From assembly GCA_047495785.1 (NCBI GenBank), contig JBLDXI010000036.1:682001-746000 (forward strand): 64,000 nucleotides of DNA. Reading direction: 5' to 3'. The stretch comes from Lepidodermella squamata. Its lineage: Eukaryota > Animalia > Gastrotricha. This document shows positions 20,801 through 30,177 of the stretch, piece by piece. Each line of letters begins with the position of its first letter. Position 1 is the stretch's first letter. The notes beneath the pieces are model-generated. The model had not been told where the DNA came from. It searched no databases and saw only the letters and a program-made list of their open reading frames with translations. Both the position numbers and the translations under genes were made by a program.

Positions 20801-23094
20801 GAAAGCCGGTTTGTGTCATAGTCATCCAAGGTTGGGAAGTCTCGCTCGTTATCGGAAAGGAAATTCGCTGATGTCAGCAATTTATAGGGAAAAAATTCCT
20901 TTCCAGTTGCATTCGCATCCTCATCCAGACCGAAGCAGTGGAAAAGCGAAGCCAACGATGACATGGAGAGGAGGTAAAAGTCTCGAAATACGATTGCTTT
21001 TTTCTCAACAGATAGCTCGATAATTGTGTTATTTTTGTAAATATGTTCGAACTGATAATCGTGCTGTTGTAACCATTTCAGGACCATAAAATTATCGAAT
21101 CTATAGCGAGATTAAATTAAATTTCCGAAATCTAACTCTTCGATTTTCCCACCTTGAACCATTATGAGAGAGAAGTAAAATTCCAGAATACTTTTCTCGC
21201 AGCAAAAATTTCATAAACTGGTTTACACAGGTGGAATCCGCACCAGTTGAAACGAAGATCTGCTGGCGCGGGTCGTCACCAGTACACGATTTGGGACACG
21301 TTGCGGTGACAAGCATGTGTTGACACGAGTCACAAAACATGTTCAACACTATCACGACTGGCACTAGTTCTCCGGTTTCCAACTGAATTGTTTCGGTATC
21401 CCAAGCTCCGGCAATTCGCAGAGGATCTTTGCGAAGCCTGCCTGGTTGAATGACACAGCTGTGTTCCTCGTCAGCCTCCTCCGAGCTTATTGGCCCGTTA
21501 CAAGTTCGACACGTCCGAGATTGACCTATAGTCACATTGTAGCAAAAAATTAAGATGGATTTTTTCCCATTTCATCAACTCACAGTTATGTTTTCCCTTT
21601 TGCGCTATCCCAATTTTCCTACCGCACTTGCCGCACATGAAGTAGGACTGGCAAATGGTCGCAGCTCCGGGTGTTTCAGGTGTCTGGTGATTCATGAAAC
21701 ACTGGGCCCCGTGGAAAAATAAGCCACAACTCCCGCATAACATTGTTCGTTCGTTCGAGTCACGACATGTTGCGCCGGCTCGCTGGCACCTGTTGCACTT
21801 AAAACGGCACGTGTGCTGCAGGTTGTTTTTCTTGTGCAACATGAAACATCGCGGGCACATCATCTTCTCCCCAGAAATAGTGCTAATGCCTGTTTCATTT
21901 TTTAGGAATGAATTTCAAATTATGCATTTTATATATTTCTCCTACTTGTTAATCCAACATAATGTCCCACGCTTCGATCGTACCGCCCACTTTCGCGATG
22001 TGATGCCAAGGCTCTGTTGTTGATATAACCGATCAAAATTTTTCGCTCATCGGCAATTGTGAGTCCTGCTTCCGGATGTACAGCCATCGTTTGCTTATCC
22101 ATGAAGTTGTAAATAACACCTGTTTATTTCCAAAACTTTTTATCGAATTTTAGTTTGTTTAAATTAATTATTGCCTCGATAGGGTAAGCCAATCGTATCA
22201 ATAACCCGCTTGAATTCGTCAAGACCATATGCCATTTGATTAGGTTGGATTCCCGCGGCATTCATGAGTTTCAGTGCTAGTTCGCCCTGATATGCTTTGA
22301 TTGCAGCCCTTTCCAGATTCGCTAGTTCGGATGTTGACATGCGGTCTTTCGAAAATCCTGGCCGTAGTCTGTCATAGTCGCCGTGAGGTTGGCAGCCCGG
22401 CCGGGGTTGTTTGTGATCACGATATAACAGAGAATGTGCGATTGACCTGAAGAGACAGTGATTATCAGCATCATTTTCCACTGGAAGGACTTCATTGTGA
22501 CCCATTATGAAGTCAACCATTGTTTCCTCAAGTCGGCGTCGTTTACCACCCTTGCCACCGTAGCCTTGCTCGCCATCTTCCAGTTCACCCACTGCAATTC
22601 TATAGATGTTGTAGCTCCAGCCTAATTTTAATAATGAAAATCATTCCAAGTTCCAGTAATATTAAATCGAACCGTTGTTCATGGCTATTGAAAGTCTAGA
22701 CTGCATCACCGAGTTTATCTCGTCCATGATCATAGCACCAGTCAATTCCTGTACTTGAAGGTATTTCGTATTTACTGGAAAATTCAAGCTGGGGTGGAAA
22801 AGTTCAACCCGAACGTAATCCCTAATTTTCAGTTAAAATGTTTCATTTTTACTCTTAAATAACGAGTTCCTACCTTGGATGGAAAGAGTTTCGCAATTTC
22901 TCTACCAAACCTTCGAATTGCGAATTAATTTTCGATAAAAGTTCCAGTATTTCCAAGCCGCTTTCATCATCCTCATCGGCGTCGTCTTCAAATCCAAACC
23001 CTATCTGATCTGAAGGATCGATCGCTTGCGAGGAATATTTGAAAACGTCCATCTTGAATCGCGGAGAATAGCAGAAAAACCCGTGAAAATCCAT
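17819..23094 (-). CDS. pPolB: Protein-primed family B DNA polymerase (~1382 aa) with N-terminal OTU-like domain, Zn fingers and Vsr-like insertion; 17 exons
   Basis: Introns: 22822-22873, 22622-22672, 22120-22174 (GC-AG), 21890-21945, 21526-21583, 21101-21152, 20552-20603, 20391-20448, 20116-20174, 19851-19908, 19685-19742, 19382-19436, 19122-19172, 18917-18970, 18307-18607, 18144-18200. The spliced frame (4149 nt) gives DTET, HNGSRFD, YCQSDV, FMGGRTE, DVNSLYP, KLLLNTAYGKLG, YTDTDS, APKTY and TIPFGY. Start codon is tentative. Confidence 0.93.
18346..18580. repeat. 32-bp minisatellite (~7 copies) inside a pPolB intron
   Basis: Unit ccctgagcctcagctacc(c/t)taacctgagc(t/a)tc starts at 18357, 18389, 18421, 18453, 18485, 18517 and 18549. 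Confidence 0.9.
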
Positions 23095-24461
23095 ATTTTC
23101 ACTAATGAAGATGGAAAATAGTTGTCCGATTTTCACGAATAATGATAATAAATTGGGTTCGGTTAAAAACTCATAGGGATATAATGTTCATTTGAAAACT
23201 GTCAAGTTTCATTCCTCGAGAACGTTAGCTTATTTAAATGACTTTTCAACGGTTTACTCGTTTCCGAATGATGTCTCCAAATTCATATTTTTATTGCTTA
23301 TTTAGCAACTGTTTCTGAATTTTTATTGTTGATCAGCACGCGTTGTAATAAAAAAGCGACCCGATTTCAAGTGTTTCTCAATTTTTATTACAATATCCGC
23401 ACATTAAATCACGTACAATCGGGTTGCTTGAAAACTTTTATTACTTAACGGCGCACCATATTGACACATGTCATCGGGCAGCGTCTAAAAAAAAAAATAC
23501 AATGAATTTTGATTGATTTATGTCTTTAAGAACTTACACTTTTCCGGATCCTGTTCCATATATGATCTGAATGAATGAAATGGAAATTTAGCTATTTTGA
23601 ATTAAATGTAGTCATGAAAAATCATACCTGAGGATCCCATCGATTTCCAGTGTGTGTAAAACGGTCTATTTCTAATTTCTATGAATATCTTCGTTCGAGC
23701 AAACTGCGACGGAATGTGATGATTCCGTCAACATTACAGGCATTGGCGAAACAGTACAACGATGAACTTGAATTGTGGATAACTGCTCCAGATTAGAATT
23801 GATTCCCCAGAGTTTCATTGCGAAATCTTAATTTTTATTACAGCAGTTCTTCTTTCCATAGCATCGGAACAGCCTAAGATCATAGACGCTAAATTTAAGA
23901 ATAAATGTACGCAGTTTCAATGGCATGCTACTACTACATAGTAGCATGGACGTAGGCTATTAACATTCAGTCGAGTGTGTGTCGCGTCCAATTTTTATTT
24001 CTCATATAGTATCGCATATAATATAGTTTCAAGCTGCGTCAGTGGTGTAGTTAAATCTTTAATGCCAGTCACTATTATCCACCCCGACGAAAATACATTC
24101 ACGCATGTTGAACCATTGGTTACATTTTTACACCGCAGTGCCGGAAATCTAGTATTATCATATATCACTCGCGCACAGAGTTTGGCAACACGAGCTATTA
24201 AGGCCTCAGTTATGTTTATTCCAGTTGGCATCTTTCCCGCAAGAGTACTGTTCAGACTATCGGTCTGTCACTTTTTTCCGGTCTTTGCAAGACCAGACCT
24301 TTTTGCCCTTGAATAAGGCCAAGACCCAGACCGAAATTACAACCAGGTCTTTAAACCAAGACCAAAGACCAAAGACCGGAATAATAATTACTCGTTTCTT
24401 TTATTTCCTTGATTAAATTCTCTTCTCCGCGTTCAAGTAAACGTTTTCAGAAATTTTTAAA

Positions 24462-27131
24462 TTAACATTCAGAAGTGAGATGTTTATTGCCACGGCACAC
24501 CATTGAACGGCAGATGGTGTCAGGTTTAAGCCTCAAACGGCGAGGCGATACGGAATGGCTCGATAATGAAAAGATTCTTTCGGCCCATGCGCTACTTGCG
24601 CAAATTGCGAAGATTCGCCGCACTAGCAACGATAAATTTGGAAAGCGGCGATGATGAGATTTCCAAAAAGCTAGGCCACAAGGTAGATCGACGTCGTGTA
24701 CGCTGAGCAGGTCGAGATAGGAAGCAACCTCGCTTCTTAGGGTCGAATTTGGCACTTGCTTTTTATCATGAGCCGTTACTTGTTTTGACATGAAATTAGT
24801 GAGAAACTTCGGCGTAGTCGATGAAACAATAGCAGACGCCGCAGCTTGCGGTGACGAGGAAGCAGCAGAATTGCCATTTAACTGAAACGAATCGAAAAAT
24901 GCACTTCATCCAAATTAATATTAATAAAAGTTATCAACCTCGCTCAGATATTCGTTGAGGCAAAAGCATTCCTTGACCATAATGCTGGTGATAATGCTTG
25001 TAAACTTTTCGACGTCAACATAATTTGGCAGAAATTTCAAGCCATAAGCCGGGTCCAGAACTGACGCTAAGATAAAATATGGATCTGAATAGGTTCGGCT
25101 AAGGTCCGAGTTCGTTTCCTCGCCCTCGACTTCTCCAGCTGATATCTCTGCCATGCGATCAGGATTTATTAGATTCTTCATTATTCCACCAAATCGTCGC
25201 GAACAAGACTCACGTAACGTCGAAGCCAGCTAAAAAAATTTAATTATTTTTTTTTAATTTAATTCCGATTTTTATTTTTATTATTATTTATTTATCTTTG
25301 AATTTTTGAGAACATTTTTAAATTAAATTACAAGTCTTGTCATTAAACATTTTTTAAACGCTTTGAATTTTCGAAGTTTCCAAAACAATTTTCTAAATTT
25401 TCTAAAACCTTTGCTTACTTGCGAAATATCGCTGAATTTCGATTTGAACTCGTAGAAGTGATCACGAAGTGCCAACACAGACGGTACAACGCAGCTCATG
25501 GTCGCGTCATTTCTTTGCACTAGCAGCGTGACTTCGTCGACAGGTGACAGTAAACAAACAAAGTCCTGCAATTTAGCGCGCTCTTGTTGACTCAGCTCGA
25601 GTTCCTTCCGCTTAATTTTGAGGAGACCCGACTTCAGCTTATTCGTGTCCACTTTCAACAGCACTTTCACGAGACGCAGCTGGCCATTCCATCGAGTCGC
25701 ATTCTTTTGCGGAACAACGGGTTGTCCATCCAAAACTTCCGCCAACGGCCCGCTTGTATGCATTAGAGATGTTATCGAATCACACTTACCCAACAGAGCT
25801 TTCAATTCAGCTGACATGGCTTTTAATCCATCGCAAACAGTCAATTGAAAGGTATGACCAAAACAGCTAATCCGATTAAGGGAGGCGGTTTCAACGAAGG
25901 CATCTAGCTCGTTCTCGGACACCTCGATATCATTATTAGCCTCATCGTCGTCTTCGTCATCTGCTTCATACGATCGCGAGTCATCTCCCAGCTCGGACTC
26001 AGTGGCCAATTTACCATTCAGCATGACGCGGAAAGCTTTCAGCACATTAGACCCATTATCAGTTGTTGCCCTTGAATTAAAATTAAATTTAAAATTTAAT
26101 AATTTAATTCGACATTTATTTCAAAATTTATTTCAAAATTTATTTCAAAATTTAATTCAAAATTTATTTCAAAATTTAATTCAAAATTTATTTCAAAATT
26201 TAATTCAAAATTTATTTCAAAATTTAATTCAAAATTTATTTCAAAATTCAATTCAAAATTTATTTCAAAATTTAATTCAAAATTTAATTTAAAATTTAGC
26301 ACGTGTTCACCTTGCGATATCTTCGTTGGTTATTCCCATTTCCGCCAGAATTTCCTTGTAGGTATCAGCAATGTTCGTCCCAGTGTGGGATCCCACGACA
26401 TGTTTGAAAGAAATGAGACAGTGTTCGACGTCGAAATCGGAATTAATCATGGTCACATAAAATGCCATGAATGCCCGGAGTCTCCGATCGGTCCATAAAT
26501 CAATCTGACTGGCAGAAAACCCGCGATTTCTTTTCAGCATCGCCTTAATTTTGACCTGCAATTCGTCAACAACAGATTCGATTTCGGTTTTTAGGCCTTC
26601 CGAACCAAGATCACGGTAACGTTGGTCTGCGTCTTTCATCAATTTTCGAAATCGAGGATTTTCGACGATTTGATTAGCAATGCCTGTTTCCACAACTAGA
26701 AGTGCGATGTCACGGTTTAGCTGCCGTTGCCTCGGGTCGTTTGGCTTGTATTCTGCCAGGGGTCGAGCAAATTTTCGAATGCTTGATTGCTCGATTTTGG
26801 TGCATAGTCTCGGTTTTCGGTGTGGCAACGTTTTGAAAATTTTGTTGTGAACTCGTTTCAGGTGACGCCGGAAAGAAGAAGACTCAGAATCAGTGATTGC
26901 GACAACTGTGGGTACGCAGTGCTTGCATTCTGCTGTCCACTTATCATCGGACAGTTTCTTCCAATTAGAAAAGTGTTCAAATACCGAGAAGGTCGGGTGG
27001 TCTGAAGAGATAGGAGTTAGAGTTTTATCGAGGGATTCAGCTTCGCTACCAGAATCAGATTCTTCAGATCCGGAGCAGCTTTCAGCACTGGTTAATGCAG
27101 CCAATCGCTTTCTCTTAGCAGGTTTAGGCAT
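24462..27131 (-). CDS. hAT transposase (BED finger, DDE, dimerisation domain), 727 aa, 4 exons (introns 26071-26310, 25230-25418, 24882-24938)
   Basis: WTAECKHC...RRHLKRVH, IDLWTD, TTDNGSN, CFGHTFQL, TRWN, SSAWAERIFS. The frame is open after splicing. Confidence 0.92.
26085..26300. repeat. AT-rich 12-bp minisatellite in hAT intron 1
   Basis: Tandem aaattta(a/t)ttca units. Confidence 0.9.
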
Positions 27132-28025
27132 TGGCTCTCTTGAATGAAAACTGACAATTTAAAAATGACGAAAAATAATGAAATAAATAACTCATACAAA
27201 TTTTTCTGATGAAATTCAGATGTTTATTGACTGCGACCATGCTATTTTCCAACCGAGCAATCTGCGACCAGGCAGATTTAAATAACCGGATGTCTTCATA
27301 GAGTCGTAGCCTTTTGAGAATGAACACGTCCGACTAAATGCATGACCTATTTTTTGTTTTTAATCCTCGTCAATCAAAGTCAAAAACCAGAAAATTAAGA
27401 CCAAAAGACCCAGACAGGCCGAAATTTCCTCTCTGGTCTTGGGCAGACCGAAGACCACCAAATTGACCCAGTCTTGGTCTGGTCTTAGTCTTACTCCGAA
27501 GACCAGGCCGATAGTCTGGTACTGTTTACCAGGCGAATCTTAGATACCTTTATGGCAGTGTTGTCTTGTCGCTGTAGTTTCCTTGCCAGTTTTCGCCCAT
27601 AAATTTTTGCCAGTTCAGGATTCTTCGTGAAAAGCACGACTTTCCCGTTTTTAAATAGCAAAGCGTTGAAGTGCGGCTCTTTAATGACGAGAGCATTTGG
27701 AAACTTTTGTTTAAGCTCAACCATTTTGAAGAGGTGAATAATTTTCCGCAGATCAAAATGTACCCCCAGCGAGAGTGTGGAAACAACATTTTGCACGGTA
27801 ACATCAATTTCAAGCATTTAATATTCCAAGAAAAATGAGAAAATGAGGTGACATGACGAATTTACTTGCTTTTTATTACATTGTATAAATTATAAATGGT
27901 GCCGAGATGCAACGCTCAGTTTTCAAAAAACATTTTTGGCGAAATCTTCCAAATTTATATCAACTGTAAAATACCTTGTCATATTCTTACGCATCATTTT
28001 ACTTGGCAACTATACTTATCCTGAA

Positions 28026-28295
28026 ATGGCTAATCCTCAAATAGCTGAAATTTTCTTTCAACTATTTGTAAACCTGTAAGTATTTAATGTCAAAAAATTC
28101 AACATACCTTATATTTTTCTTTCTTTCTTCAGCTACGACGAGGCAGGTCAAATGTATGATCACTTGCAGAACTCAGTAGCCAGCTACAACACTATCATCC
28201 AGATATTATGGGACATTCACGGATTACTCGTACCTCATCCTCCTCCACAGCCCCCTAGTCCTCCTGTGGAGGAGGAGGAAAATGCCAACTGGTGA
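28026..28295 (+). CDS. Small spliced Polinton ORF (70 aa; intron 28076-28132) with a Pro-rich/acidic tail
   Basis: Strong GTAAGT donor and polypyrimidine-CAG acceptor. Product MANPQIAEIFFQLFVNLYDEAG...PHPPPQPPSPPVEEEENANW. Not in the ORF track. Confidence 0.6.
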
Positions 28296-28464
28296 CCTGT
28301 ATAAAAAAAAAAAATAATCAACATTATTACAATATTATTAAACATTATATTAACCTTTGTATTTCGAAATCGCTATCGAAATCTAATCGAAGTAAATGTA
28401 AAGATTGCATTCCATGGCTTTTCTCAATCCAAGGATACAAATAGAAAAATGCAGTCGAGTTTTA

Positions 28465-28689
28465 CTAACTTTTGTATGCTGAAATGTCTTTCATTACCAG
28501 AGCGGAATCTACACATATGACGAAAAGGTTGACGCCGCATTTATTATCATAGCAAGTTGCCGTTATGTCAAGCTGACATTTTAAGAATATTCGCAGCTGC
28601 CCGTTGGCGAGACATAAAAGCTTGGCTTGGTCTCGTAAAACGTGACAATTCCAGAGGGTACTTTCACTCTTGCAAGATGACTCATGCAT
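28465..28689 (-). CDS. Small Cys-rich hypothetical Polinton ORF (74 aa)
   Basis: ATG-started ORF just inside the right TIR, 7 Cys, no recognised family. Confidence 0.3.
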   Translation of the reverse strand: MHESSCKSESTLWNCHVLRDQAKLLCLANGQLRIFLKCQLDITATCYDNKCGVNLFVICVDSALVMKDISAYKS

Positions 28690-28829
28690 TGGTTACTTTT
28701 GCGTCACATGCCCATTACATTTTAGAAGTTTGAATTTATGTATGCCGGAAGAGTCAAGGTCATATTTTGGTATATTGGCGCTGAAATAATGGTTGGCGGG
28801 AAAGTTTCAATTTTCCTTTTCAAAAACTA

Positions 28830-30006
28830 GCGAGTGACCGTTGGAATTATGGAAAATTCAAATTTTGACTAGGGTTTTGGCTGGAATATTGTGTGTGTGT
28901 CAAGGTCATAATTTGGCGGGAAAATAGTTTTTGGCGGGAAAATCAATCGATATCGATTAGGGTTAGTGTTTAGGATTAGGGTTAAGCCCTAGGAATAGTG
29001 TTAAGGATTAGGGTTAAGCCCTAGGAATAGTGTTAAGGATTAGGGTTAGGGTTACGCCTATTTTGGCGGGAAATTAAATCAAAATCAATCAATATCGGTT
29101 GATCGATATCGGTTATCGGCTAGGGTTAGGGATTATCGATTAGGTTTAGGATTAGGGTTAAGCACTAGGAATAGTGTTAAGGATTAGGGTTAAGCCCTAG
29201 GAATAGTGTTAAGGATTAGGGTTAGGGTTACGCCTATTTTGGCGGGAAATTAAATCAAAATCAATCAATATCGGTTGATCGATATCGGTTATCGGCTAGG
29301 GTTAGGGATTATCGATTAGGGTTAGGGTTAAGGATTAGGGTTAAGCCCTAGGAATAGTGTTAAGGATTAGGGTTAAGCCCTAGGAATAGTGTTAAGGATT
29401 AGGGTTAGGGTTACGCCTATTTTGGCGGGAAATTAATTCAAAATCAATCAATATCGGTTGATCGATATCGGTTATCGGCTAGGGTTAGGGATTATCGATT
29501 AGGGTTAGGGTTAAGCATTAGGGTTAAGCCCTAGGAATAGTGTTAAGGATTAGGGTTAAGCCCTAGGAATAGTGTTAAGGATTAGGGTTAGGGTTACGCC
29601 TATTTTGGCGGGAAATTAAATCAAAATCAATCAATATCGGTTGATCGATATCGGTTATCGGCTAGGGTTAGGGATTATCGATTAGGGTTAGGGTTAAGGA
29701 TTAGGGTTAAGCCCTAGGAATAGTGTTAAGGATTAGGGTTAAGCCCTAGGAATAGTGTTAAGGATTAGGGTTAGGGTTACGCCTATTTTGGCGGGAAATT
29801 AATTCAAAATCAATCAATATCGGTTGATCGATATCGGTTATCGGCTAGGGTTAGGGATTATCGATTAGGGTTAGGGTTAGGGTTAGGGTTAAGCCCTAGG
29901 CTTAGGGTTAGGGTTAGGGTTAGGGTTAGGGTTAGCTCAAGGTCAAGGTCGCGCGGGAAAAATTCAAATCGGAAAAACCGTTAACTTTTCCTCCCCCCCT
30001 ACTACT
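28830..30006 (-). repeat. Right terminal inverted repeat: five ~183-bp higher-order units of TTAGGG variants, then a (TTAGGG)n run and a ~70-bp terminal cap
   Basis: acgcctattttggcgggaaa recurs at 29054, 29230, 29413, 29596 and 29779. Near-pure TTAGGG at ~29865-29935. Confidence 0.93.
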
Positions 30007-30177
30007 CATAACATTGGCTTCGTACTTCAAGACACAGAAAAATTGCCACTGCCATCCTACGCTTCGAGGGATTGGATAAGGTTTCGCGCTGTGCATTTAC
30101 TCGGAGCCAATTAGCATTTGTTTATAATAAAAGCGTGCTCAATCGACGAAAGTCATCTTGCAAAAAATTGTCAGACG

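Larger units (their letters stand above)
24253..27518 (-). mobile_element. Autonomous hAT DNA transposon (3266 bp) nested in the Polinton
   Basis: TIRs CAGACTATCGGTCTG / CAGGCCGATAGTCTG. 8-bp TSD GTACTGTT (24245-24252, 27519-27526). AAGACC-rich subterminal repeats. Confidence 0.95.
23995..27817 (-). pseudogene. TATA-binding-protein-like gene of the Polinton (182 aa when reconstituted), split by a hAT insertion: 27817-27527 + 24252-23995
   Basis: Repeat 1: VQNVVSTLSLGVHFDLRKI...KFPNA...ALLFKNGKVV...RKLARKLQ. Repeat 2: LVNSTLAG...YDNTRFPAL...VNVFSSGWIIVTGIK. Removing the hAT and one TSD copy gives a continuous frame. Confidence 0.88.
8020..30006 (-). mobile_element. Full-length Polinton/Maverick (adintovirus-like) endogenous DNA virus, ~22 kb including two nested insertions
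   Basis: Termini AGTAGTAGGGGGGGAGGAAAAGTTAACGG... and the exact reverse complement ...CCCCCCCTACTACT. 6-bp TSD CATAAC (8014-8019, 30007-30012). Long TIRs. pPolB, INT, MCP, mCP, PRO and ATPase are all present. Confidence 0.97.

Noticed and set aside
17819-23136. pPolB as a fragmented pseudogene
   Set aside because: Every break is bounded by phase-compatible splice sites, and the spliced frame is open with all motifs.
23140-23990. Additional spliced gene or upstream pPolB exons
   Set aside because: Splice-like signals exist (for example ~23568-23628), but I could not assemble a convincing open frame.
26002-26302. ORFs with (QNLF/QNLI)n or (NFEL/NFEI)n repeats
   Set aside because: Translations of a 12-bp minisatellite within hAT intron 1.
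28970-29870. CRISPR-like repeat-spacer structure
   Set aside because: Whole 183-bp units are near-identical; there are no variable spacers and no cas genes.
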